Shown in pieces: positions 13,370 to 25,574 of a stretch of DNA of 64,000 nt. Position numbers and translations under genes: made by a program. The DNA is from Octopus bimaculoides (lineage: Eukaryota): the NCBI RefSeq assembly GCF_001194135.2, contig NC_069001.1, positions 37,968,989 to 38,032,988 of the forward strand. Direction: 5' to 3'. Positions within the stretch are counted from its first letter, which is position 1, and each line of letters starts with the position of its first letter. A model generated the notes under the pieces. That model did no database searches. It saw only the letters and a list, made by a program, of their open reading frames with translations, and was not told the origin of the DNA.

Positions 13370-13580
13370 TTGCCAGTACCACTGGACAGGCTCCTGTGCC
13401 GGTGGCACGTAAAAGCACTCACTACACTCTCGGAGTGGTGTTAGGAAGGGCATCCAGCTGTAGAAACTCTGCCAGATCAGATTGGAGCCTGGTGCAGCCA
13501 TCTGGTTCACCAGTCCTCAGTCAAATCGTCCAACCCATGCTAGCATGGAAAGCGGACGTTAAACGATGATGATGATGATG
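13370..13580 (+). mobile_element. RTE-tail SINE or LINE 3' end with (GAT)n tail, family D
   Basis: Recurrent ...gcatccagctgtagaaactctgccagatcagattggagcc...catggaaagcggacgttaaacgatgatg. Other copies at about 12175-12500 (-), 22900-23360, 33085-33405, 38098-38306 (-), 42000-42385 and 43440-43640. Confidence 0.85.
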
Positions 13581-13778
13581 ATATACACACACATATATAT
13601 ATATATACATATAAACACACACATATATATATATACACACACATACATATATATATATATATACACATACATATATACACACATACATATATATATATAT
13701 ATACACATACATATATATATATATATACACATACATATATACACACATACATATATATATATATATATACACATACAT

Positions 13779-13811
<33 letters not shown>

Positions 13812-14237
13812 CACACATATATATACATGATCGTGTATGTACTTGTGAATGTGTGTATATAAATATATATATGTATATGATTGTGTGCATATATATGTGT
13901 GCGTGCGTGAGTGTGTGTGTCTCCTTGTCTTGACATCACATGCTAGTTGCAAATGAATGCTGCCATTGTGCAACCATTGTCTTCCTCGTTTCCTGTCTTT
14001 CACAAAAACATGTCTGTCCATGAGGACATATCGCCTTGGTTGGAACTGGTGAGGTTTGGTGAGGGGAAGGGCATCCAGTCACAGAAAATCTGCCTCAATG
14101 AATTCCTTGTGACTCATGCAAGCATGGGAAACTGGTATATAGCCATTATGTTTTGAAGAATCCGAAAGAAGCAAGGAGACGACAGCTGCAGCAGCAGCAG
14201 CACCAATAACAGCAAGAGTATTTGTTACATTTAGGGG

Positions 14238-14299
14238 GTCTGTAAGGGAGCTGATGAAACCCTATTCACTAATAGGGTTTCATCAGTTTCCTTACAGAC
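14238..14299. repeat. 29-bp inverted repeat (hairpin) with a 4-nt loop
   Basis: Arms 14238-14266 and 14271-14299 differ at only two positions, both G-U pairs on the + strand. Confidence 0.95.
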
Positions 14300-15174
14300 T
14301 ATTAGTGAATAGGGTGACATCTGGTGCTGGCAACACAATTGTTGATGTATGAATGTGATTATCAGAGATAAATGGGATAATCAGGAATTTGAGGGAAATA
14401 ATTTCAGAGGATTAGAAAATAAATAACAGAAATATATTTCTATAAAAAAACCCCAACAAAAACTGAATTTTCTTAGAATTGAAACTGAAATTCTTTGTTT
14501 GGTCATAGCTGTCGTGGAATGAGGTCAAAGGTTAATTTGAACAGAATTTTGGAACATTTGCTTGTGGATATTGCTAACAGATGGAGCCACTACATAGTCA
14601 TTTCATGTGGTAGAAATTGCAGTCAAACCCTCTCTCTCTCCCCCCTTTTCCATATCCCCTTCTCCCCCCTTCCATATCCCCTTCTCCCCCCCCCTCATAT
14701 AATAAGTGCAGGTATGGGTGTGTGGCTAAGTGTGTTTGGAAAATTCCCCAAATGGACAACAACAAAGCATATTATATCAGTATTTTTTTAAAATAAAAAA
14801 GAATGATAAAAAGTTTTATGGTCCAATCCATGGACAACGGATATTAGATGATGATGATGATGATGATGGTGATGAAAAGCATTAAACAGGCAAGTCTTTA
14901 GTCAACGTCAAACATTAAAAAGACATGATGGGGGGTTAATAAAAATGAAATTTCTTGCAGTGAATTTTCCTACAGCAAAAAAGGTGAATGGAGGAATTTC
15001 CGATGAGTGTGGTTAAAAAGTTTGCTTTCCAAACCCACGGTCTTGTGGTTTAGGATTCAGTCCTACTGGACATTGCAGTGGAAAAGTGTTTTCTACTAAA
15101 GACTCAGGCCAGCTAATGTCTTGTGAGTAGATACGGTCGATGTATACGTACATATGTACACACACATACATATA

Positions 15175-15417
15175 GTCCTTTACTTGTTTCAGTCATTTGA
15201 CTACGGCCATGCTGGAGCACCACCTTAAGGGGTTTTAACTAAACAAATCAAGCCTGGGACTTATCCTTTGTAAGTCTAGCACTTATTCTATTGGTCTATT
15301 TTGGTGAATTGCTAAGTTATGGGGACTTAAACACACCAACATGAGTTGTCAAGCAATGGTGGGGGAGACAGACACAGACACAAGCGCACAAATATATACA
15401 TGTATATATACATCCAT

Positions 15418-15456
<39 letters not shown>

Positions 15457-15590
15457 TATGTCCTACCCATGCATGGAAGTTGAACATTAAAAGATGACGA
15501 TAATATATATATATATGTATATATATACACACACACACACAATGGGCTTCTTTCAGTTTCCATCTACCAAATCCACTCAGAAGGCATGTA
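15175..15590 (-). mobile_element. Abundant tRNA-derived SINE, family B (gtggctgtgtggtaag...gactgaaacaagtaaaaga)
   Basis: Many similar copies: about 17785-17975 (-), 26425-26700 (+), 31423-31620 (+), 31605-31810 (-), 32285-32630 (-), 37295-37655 (-), 38855-39022 (-), 47255-47515 (-) and 52490-52690 (-). Confidence 0.85.
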
Positions 15591-16778
15591 ATAATTTAAC
15601 AGAATATTTTACAGAACATACCAATTTAAAAGATCGCGTGTATGTATAGGAACTGTATTGTGTGTAGAATAAACCTACAGATAATGTAGTTGATAGTCTA
15701 AGATGTAGAGAGGGATGATGCAAAATCAGGACAATAGCATACGTTGCAGAGACAGTATGTAGCATAGGTGAATGGATAAATGGACACTGGCAGGAATTCA
15801 AGGAGGAGAGAAGTTTGTCAGTGCTCTAACAACACATTGAATTAGATCACAAAGGCATGGTCGACAACATAGATGTTAGGAACTTATTGATGTATAGAAT
15901 GGACATGACACTCAGACAGATTATAGATGCCACACTCATAATGAAAGATAGACGGAGCCTCAACCGAAAATGTAACTGGAGTAATAACACCCCCCACTCC
16001 ACCACACTACACAACATAAAGACTAAAGACAGAATGAGGAAAATAGATAAATGACATGGGTACTGACAGTGCAATAAGAAACCCTTATACAAGCACACAA
16101 GACATATACTAAAGATGGAATGAGAAAGAGAAGAAAAATAGATAAATAAATAAAAGACACAGGTACAAATAGTGTAAGATAGAAACCCTTACACATGCAC
16201 ATAGGACACACACACACATGTGTAAAGACTTGGGCAGATAGAAATAGATATTACAGAAGGACAGAATAGAATAAGCAGGACAAGAGGGGACAGAGGACAG
16301 AGAGCCATTGATAATGTCACGGAATGTGTGACAAAAGAACTTTGACAAATGTCTAAACTAAAAATAGTATAAAGTAAAATGGAGATCAAACAAACAGTGC
16401 TTGGGTTTAATTAGCAACAAAAAAAAAAAAAAGAAAAAAGAAAGGGTCATATCCTGTCTCCTAGTATAACAATAATAGGTTGGGTTTTGAAAAAGGATTG
16501 ATTCTAGTTGTAGCTATTTGAAGTGGTTTGAAAATTATGTTATAATGAACTTATTGTGCTCAAGTGTTCTAAAAGTGGCTGGGAAAGTTTAAAAAGAGGG
16601 GAGAGAAAGAATAACATTAAAGAATGAGAGTATTGATGGCTAAAAATATATCCATATTACACAGAAAAGACAAATACAAGAAGACCGAAAAGTGAACAGT
16701 AAAGGATAGTGGTGCATATAAGCACCCTTGTTTATATCGCTAGTGGGAGATAATCGACTGCCATCACCACTACTGGGA

Positions 16779-16826
16779 CTACCAGATCATCTGATTTTCA
16801 GCCTTCCCAAACCTCGTCAGTGATAG
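16779..16826 (-). ncRNA. Type I hammerhead ribozyme-like motif
   Basis: CTATCA-CTGACGA-GGTTT GGGA AGGCT-GAAAA-TC AGAT GA-TC^-TGGTAG. Stem I has 6 bp, stems II and III pair, and the triplet is AUC. There is one extra A in the GAAA run. Confidence 0.6.
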
Positions 16827-17980
16827 ACACTCAGACACATCTCTGCTAGAATCTGCTAGAATCACAATGCCCAAACAGGCCAATGGAGTTGGGAATGGCT
16901 GGTGTGTTTATTAAAAAACAATAGTAACAGAAGCTGTATGAATACCAAAATGTATCATTTATTGCCCTCTTAAAAGTGGATGGTGTCTTAGAACACTGAA
17001 TACTGTCAGAGTTATCATGCAAGAAACTCTCATACGTTGTTTCCAGTTACCAGAAGGACTGTCTCATATGTTTAAGCAATTTATCATCTTCGCCAAACCT
17101 TATTTCTGTTGCTAAAGTCTGAATATTGAAGATCCAGTTAGAGTACAAACATTTTAATCTGGAGATAAAAAAATAAATAAATACAAACATTGAGGAAAGT
17201 TAAACATTAAATGAATAAATAAATAAATATATATTGACAGTGTATAAATCTATATATTGATGTCTGTATGAAAAGTTTGGAAGGATAAAAGAAAAAATGT
17301 TTATAGTTATTGATTTTGTGTCAAATGTTTAATAAATTGTGCTAAAGCAGGTGGAGGACCGTATGTGTTTGTGTGTATATACATACGTACACACATATAC
17401 ATACATATATACATGTGTTGTGTGTGCGTGTGTTCATGCGTGTGTGTTTGTGCATGTATGCACTATGTCAGACTAGTTCTCCTTGAGAATTATATTAAGG
17501 TACATGTAATTGAGGATACTCGGCCACTTTTTTAAGGTCAGGATTAGGTCACTTAGTTACAGCAAAGAGAATGGAGGTTCATGAGTCAATATTGATGGGA
17601 GAGAGTAAGAGAATTAATAAAAACAGCTGTTTGCAATGTGATACCATAAAGGAAAACTACAGTCATCAAGTAAATTTGACTAACGATGTTAATAACATGT
17701 ACATTGCAAGAAATAGCAGCTAAACATGGAGCATTTTAGCTCCTATTTCTAGTAATGAAGGTGTTTTTCACACCCTTTACTCTTTTAGTTGTTTCAGTAA
17801 TTTCATTGTGGTCATGCTGGAGCACCACCTTTAGTTGAGAAAATCGACCCCAGGATTTATTCTTTGGATGCCTAGTACTTATTCTATCGGTCTCTTTTGC
17901 CGAACCACTAAGTTACGGGGACGTAAACACACCGGCATCGGTTGTTAAGTGATGTTGGGGGGACAAACACAGACACACAA

Positions 17981-18036
<56 letters not shown>

Positions 18037-18599
18037 ATATNNNNNNNNNNNNNNNNNNNNNNNNNNNNNNNNNNNNNNNNNNNNNNNNNNNNNNNNNNNN
18101 NNNNNNNNNNNNNNNNNNNNNNNNNNNNNNNNNNNNNNNNNNNNNNNNNNNNNNNNNNNNNNNNNNNNNNNNNNNNNNNNNNNNNNNNNNNNNNNNNNNN
18201 NNNNNNNNNNNNNNNNNNNNNNNNNNNNNNNNNNNNNNNNNNNNNNNNNNNNNNNNNNNNNNNNNNNNNNNNNNNNNNNNNNNNNNNNNNNNNNNNNNNN
18301 NNNNNNNNNNNNNNNNNNNNNNNNNNNNNNNNNNNNNNNNNNNNNNNNNNNNNNNNTCTTAATTACCTGCAATGTCGAGATAACGAACCATGTTCCACAG
18401 TGACCAGGTATTTAAGAATTGATAACAGAGTAAGATGAGGGTGAGAGGGAGGGTGGTGGAGATAAATGTTTTATGGCGACTGTGTTATGTTAAATACTGC
18501 ATTAGTGCGTGTGTGTGTGTGCCAGCATCTACATTGTGTGTACGAGTGTGTGGTGTGTGTGTGTAGCTTCTACAGCTTTCATAAACCATTCATCTGATC

Positions 18600-18900
18600 C
18601 TAGTTTTCTCAGCAACCACTAAATCATGGTACGAGGGGAAGGCCCTATCAAAAAACTTCTCTATGTCAATGAACACCATTTTGAGAGGTTTACCCCTAAG
18701 TTCTTCCACCAGTAGTACTACACCCAAGCACGAAGTTGAACTACATAGCATCCACATTAATTCTCATCTTAATCTATCCTTGCTTGAATACGAAATCCAA
18801 CCGATGGAGACCTATAATCCTGTGGAGTGCCCTGGTATCCAAGGAGACAGTGTCCAAGCCTCACAATTATAGAGTAGGACAGGGTGGACCAGAGACCTAA
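18600..18900 (-). mobile_element. RTE-clade LINE RT remnant
   Basis: EELRGKPLKMVFIDIEKFFDRA matches the RT motif HMVFIDLEKAYDRV. Confidence 0.55.
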
Positions 18901-21900
18901 AGACCCAAACTCTTGTCCTCCTGTACAGATACTGGCAGCACCAAACACCCTTCTCTAAGGAGTCTACAAACGCACCAGCTCATCCAGGTTCTTTTAGGAC
19001 TGCAAATTCGCAGCTAATGTCGCTCTGAATCTCACTCGGAAACTGGGATGCATCCTGTTACTTGTTATGATTCCAGAAGTGCCAGCCCAGACTGTTTGGC
19101 CATGTTGCAGGATTTTTGTGAGTTCGACCCTCCTTACTGTGTTCTCTTCACTGAAGATCTGGCTGGGTGTGATAACTCATGTTGCTAAACCACATGCCTG
19201 ATGAGGAAGTATCATAGAGAGACGGGGGCAGAGGGGACTGACTGGGACCCTGCATGATAGATCACTTGAGAGGACCCAGGAATATACTGACAAATGGTGA
19301 ATGCAGCACTCCATTGCACTGGTGCATTCCCACCACTGACCTGACGCAATTCATTGAACTCTTGTTCTTTCAGAAAACTTGTCCAACAGTTTGGCCCTTC
19401 ATAATCCCTTCTCCTTTATCTTTCTAACACTTGCTTACACAGTGGAACATTATTTTTGTCCTTGGGTACCAACTGTTATTTCCTATTTGTTGACCCCTTA
19501 GAAAGTATGAAAAATGGTTAATATTTTCTTCAAACTTTGCTTTTGTTATATTTATTCAAACCCCCTAAGATATGACTGGTGTGTCCTGGAGATCCTCTCA
19601 ATGAATTTTGAGCAAGGAATTACAAATGAAAAGACTTGCAGCAAAATTTGTGCCTCACTTGCTCACAGAAGATCGAAAGCAGTCATGACTGAATGCTTGT
19701 CATGAACTGAAAGAATGGTTGGAAGTTGATCTCACTTCCTGGGACTTTTTTTTGTTTCCCTGAATGACAACAGTCCTTAATGGAAAATGTTTTGCAGATG
19801 TGGAAGAAGAGAAGGAAAAAACGACAGAGGTGTTAAAAAAAAATCACTTGGCAAGAGTTCCAGGACTGCTTCAAAGAGTGGAAATCGCGTCTGGACCAAT
19901 GCATGGCTTCCAATGGAGAAAACTTTGAAGGTGATAGAAAGGGTAAACATATAAAACTAAGTGAATAAAATAATATTGTAAAATTCCGGTCTTTTTTGGG
20001 TATCCACCTCGTAGATAGAAGCAAACAGGAAATAACGCTTACTGACCAAAGACAAAAAAAAAAAGAGGGTTTTGTTACGCTGTTATGATGTTGCTGTCCC
20101 ACCAGTCTTTATTGCTGACGGCTTCTTGAACTACAAGATAGAGTAAATGGATGATTAGCTAATTGTCCTACTCAACCAGACATTTTAAGCATCTCAGTGA
20201 TGTTCATGGACAGGTGAGCCTTCCCTTGCTTCACAGACTTAATTCCCCTTTGTACATTACTGCTATTAACTTGAATGGTTAGCTTCTCTAGAATATACTT
20301 AGTGTAGCTCCTCTTTCTACCATGTCCACTCTTCATTTAGTAACCTCATGAAATAGCACTGCTACACCTCTTTCTGGCATTGGTAATGGATCCACAATCA
20401 TTCCTGATGCTCCTCTCACCAGTGACATTTTGAGTTTCATTGCCAAAAGTCTCAGATTTTCTCATTCCTATCTATATCTAGCATCTTAGCTTCCCTTCTT
20501 GCTATCCTATATTTTTCCTTGCTCCCTACATTTTTCCAGTCTTTCCATGCCTACCTTGTAGCCTTTATGGCTTTGTCAACAGAGCTGTTCTACCACCACA
20601 TCCCCATTTTTTCAAACAGGATCTTGTTCCTACCATATATTCACTCTATCCCCACCTGCAACTCTCAACTTTATGTCTCATTCTCCTCGTCCACCTTTCC
20701 ATATGAATCACTATTTGTCTGAATATGTTACTACTTGAAAGCTCCTTCAGTTTCCATGTTTGCCTTCTCTTGGACAACACAACAGTGACACCACACCCAA
20801 GACCGACAGATGACCAAAGGACTATTTCTATGAAACCTTCTGCAGACCAGTCCAAAGCAAGTGACAATGATCTTGTTATCTGTCCAGTGATGGCATCACT
20901 ACAACCCTGTGTTATATGATGCTTTGTCCTGTGATGTGAGCTTCAATGTCCAAACTGAACAGCAAAATTCACTACTGACTACACCTATTTACAAAATCAA
21001 TTCAGTTTTCTAGAAATAAAAATAGATGATCATGTCATGTCCACCATGTTGACATAGCAAAGCCCTTTTATTGTGCACAGGAGTAAAATACTTCAACGAT
21101 TACTTTTGTATTTGCTTTTTATTTTGTTTAGGGTGTGTGAACTAGTCTGAATTTTATTAAATTTGACTAAACATTCCTTCTCAAGTACCTCATAAATTTT
21201 GCCTCTTATATTAATGATGCACCGAAATGACAGAGAGAGGTAAAGTGTAAAGTGGGTTGTTTATTATTTGCAGCTGGAATTTCATTTGAGACACATCAAT
21301 GATAAAAGAGTTGATCAAAGGTTTTGTGTTGCTATGGTGTTTGTTAACACATTGTGTCAACAATATATATGCCTTAAATTTTAACTTCTGTTTCAATGAT
21401 TGCTATGATAAAGAATGACACAAATGCGTGCCAGGTGTGGCCCTCCAGTCAAGATATTGTTTAACAGATATAAAATATAAAACTCAATGTATTAAAATAT
21501 ATTTTATATTTTGTTTAATGGTTTTTAACATTTATTGTTAGGTGTGTGTATACATAAGAACATATGTAGATACTGAGAGATAATATTGCAAGTAGGAAGT
21601 AAACAAGTGTGCAATTTGGCACCAAAAGCCAATGTGAAGGATTCTCTCATGCTATCTGCTGCAGTGTAGTCTGTTCTAACAGAACATCCAGGTTTAAGTG
21701 GGGGGATAGATATTACCTCTCAGGATTAATACGACCTCTCTTGCTAACATGTACGTGTGTGTGTGTGTATGAAGGTCATGAGTGACCATGGGATCGCACC
21801 TAGAAACTTCCCTTCCAAGGCACAAGTCCAGGCAAGGTTGTTAATGGAAAACCAGCAGTCGCCCCCCCGCATACCAGCCTTCCCTCCCCATGCCACTGAT

Positions 21901-22268
21901 GTAGATAAAAAGAAAAATAATGAATCCACACAACTGTGAGCCAAATATCCCTAACCAGCATTAAGCCATACACCTTCACACACAACATTTATGTGCATGT
22001 GAAGGTACATGGCCTAGTGGTTAGTGTGCTGCATTTATGATTCTGCAATGAAGGTTTCAACTCCTTGACTGTGTATTGTGTCCTCTAGAGCAAAACACTT
22101 CATTTCACACGGCTCCAGTCCACTCAGCTGCAAATGGGTCACACCTGCAATGGAAAGACGTTGATATGCAACTCTGCCAGTGGGCTGGCACCATTTGAAA
22201 GCTGAAACAGTGTTAAGGACATTGTGGCCAACAGTGTACGCCATAATCTGATAATCTGGTCAATACTG

Positions 22269-22301
<33 letters not shown>

Positions 22302-23642
22302 AACATAAACACACATATATACATACATACACACATATATATTATATACACGTACATTTATACATATATATATATATATATACATACATATATACACATA
22401 TGCATATAAGGGTAAAGAACATCACCAACAGTAAACAACATGAAATACGAAAACAAATGAGTTCACCAGTGACCTTGCAACTCATTTCTAGAGTGAACTG
22501 GAGCAGTGTGAAATAAAGTGTCTTGCTCAAGAACACAACATGCAGCCCGGTCCAAAAATCGAACTTACAACCTCAAAGTCATAAGCTCGATCCTCTAACC
22601 ACTGAGCCAGGTGCCTTCACACACACACATATATATATAGGAACCTGTGGTAGAAGTAGACCCAGGAAGACATGGAATGAGGTGGTGAAGCATGACCTTC
22701 AAACATTAGACCTCACACATGCAGTGACAGGAGACTGAGACCTTTGGAGATGTGCTTTGATTGAGATGATCCAGCAACTAAAGTGAGATCGCAGCCACAC
22801 ATGTCTGGCCCAGCTGAGAGTAGACCTGATTTATGGTGCAATATGATATGCTTGAGAAGACCTGTTGAGTCAAGTAAAGCTGATATCGTAGCTGTGGCCA
22901 GTGCTCCCTGACTGGCTCCCATGCTGGTGGCACGTACAAAAAGAATGTAAAAAGCACCCACTACACTCCCGGAGTGGCTGGCGTTAGGAAGGGCATCCAG
23001 CTGTAGAAACCTTGCCAGATCAGATTGNNNNNNNNNNCTGGTTTCCGTGCCAGTGGCATGTAAAAAGCACCAACCGAATGTGGCCGATGCCAGAACCCTG
23101 ACTGGCCCCCCATGCTGGTGGTACGTAAAAAGCACTATCCGAACGTGAGTGATGCCATGTCTGCTTGACAGGCTCCTGTGCCAGTGGCATGTAAAAAGCA
23201 CCCACTACACTCCCGGAGTGGCTGGCGTTAGGAAGGGCATCCAGCTGTAGAAACCTTGCCAGATCAGATTGGAGCCTGGTGCAGCCGCTGGCTCTCCAGA
23301 CCTCAGTCAAACCGTCCAACCCATGCCAGCATGGAAAACGGACGTGAAATGATGATGATACATGAGCACATAAGATTTTTCTGGAGGTTTATCTGCAATT
23401 TTACTATAGTGCTTGTCTACATTTACATCACTTGATATAATCTTAAGACAGGCATACATACGCACATATATAAATACATACAACGCACACACACACACAC
23501 ACACCACATACATGTAGATAACATATGAGATTGAGTTTCCAATAATCACCAAAGAAGAAAATTAACCATGATAACAGAGTTAGATAAAACTCAAAACAGC
23601 AATTATTTAATTAGAAACACGATGATGATAGTGAGGTTGGTG

Positions 23643-23815
23643 TCAGCTGTCACCATCGAGGAATGACAAGTCCAAAGACAGGAAGTTATTCTCCACTTCT
23701 ATCCATTTCGCTGCTGACAGAAGTTCCTGTTCACCAAAACATTTGCCAATTAATTGTATTCCAAGAGGTAATCCCTTGGCAGATAATCGAGTTGGCACGG
23801 TAACGGCTGGTAGTC
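23643..23815 (-). CDS. QRSL1: QRSL1 exon 10, terminal (GLPAVTVP...[10 protein letters not shown]...DGDS*)
   Basis: Amidase C-terminal motif GLPxGxQxIG; TGA stop at 23643-23645. Confidence 0.96.
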
Positions 23816-25542
23816 CTGAAGAGATAAACAAACAATACACTTTAATTATAGGCTATTTGTAATTGTTTAATTATAAAGCATAATAATTAGGTCTGTTGTG
23901 AGTCCCGGGACTTATATGGCTGGAGCTTATGCTCATTTCTATAGTATATAAGTGACTAAAATTACAACACTGCCCCTGGATAGGATGCCAGTCCATCGCA
24001 GAGTTAACTCCTCAATTTACAGCTGAGTGGACTGGGGCAAAATGAAACGAAGTGGCATGCACAAGAATATTACAAACTGTGTGGTCTGGGAATTGATCCT
24101 ACAATTGTGAGTGCCACATCTTTGCCACTAAGCCACATACCACCACAGAACATTTAATTAATTAATTTAATTATGGAATTTCTAGACCAGAGATTAGTAA
24201 CTTCACTTAGTAAAGGTCCACTTGGTGATTTCTTGACATTTATGCACTGGCTTAGGGGTGCAGACATAGTCTTGGATTGAGTTGGATTTAGTAAATGGAA
24301 ACTGATAGAAGCTCATCACCACTTATTCACACACACATACATAAGTACATACGTGTATGTGTGTGATTGTCTGGATATCATGTGATCGATAGTTGGAAAT
24401 GAGTGGCATATGTTTCCAGTATTCTCTGAAACTATGTCTGGCCACAGGGAAATATTACGTTGCAAGGAAACAGGAAATCTTCCGATTGATGTGGGATCCA
24501 AGCTTTGAGCTGACTGACATAAGCAAGTGGATGCCAATGGTTTCCAACACTCAGTTTTGATATTTGGAGGATATCTGCAATCATCCTGGTCGTACAACAG
24601 AGGTTGGCGTTGACTGACTGATTTGATTTTGTTGCTGTTAATCTCAGGTAATTTCAGACAAGAGTGAGGTGCATTTTAAACTGAAAAATTTCCAGATCAA
24701 AATCTTGCTAACCACTTCAGGCACACACATTCCATAATGGCATCCACCTTGCACACAACTGAAGGATAGAGAGAAGCCCATCTTAATATGGGTGCTCCTA
24801 GAAATTGAAAACAAGATCAAACTCTCTCATGAGAGAGAGAGAGAGAGAGAGAGGAGATGTGGACAGCATAAAAACAAATCCCAAAGTTTTCTATAAATCC
24901 ACAAAGGAAACAACTACAATACAATATAAAATAGGACCATTGTTCCCTGGGAATGACTCACTGACGGTGGACCCAGGAAGGATAAGTGAACAATTTAGAA
25001 GTGTCTTCACTTCCCACTTGGACAACATGCAGATAAAAAATCCAGCTGAATTCTTTGATATTGCATCACGAAAAAGGGAGGCACCAGCCATTGATTACAT
25101 CAACACTGAGGGAACAGATGTAACAGTGGCCATAATCGAAATGATGTCGTACTCTGTTTCCCAGCCACTCTCCTGAACTCATGTAAGTAAGCTTTAGCGA
25201 AACCACTTTAAATATTTTTCCAAAGTTTCTTTCAAGTGGTATACTTCCTAAAAAAGCTGAAAGAGGGTATTATATGCCCTATTCACGAAGGTGCAAGTGG
25301 AGCAGAGGCCAAAAACTAGAAGCCAATCTCTCTGACTTTGCATATCAGTAAAGTCATGCAGTGAATTATCAGAAAGAAGTTGATAATGTTCCCAGAAGAA
25401 AATGACCGACTGAACAATACTCAGCATGGCTTCCGTCCAGGAAGAAGCTGCCTCACACACCTCCTACAGCACTACGACTGGGTTTTGATGCATATATGTA
25501 TATACATATATATTTACATACGTATATACATACATACGTACG

Positions 25543-25574
<32 letters not shown>

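Noticed and set aside
17050-17165. Minus-strand exon-like segment (LKCLYSNWIFNIQTLATEIRFGEDDKLLKH)
   Set aside because: It could be an exon or a Penelope C-terminal remnant near the 16779 hammerhead. The similarity is too weak to call either.
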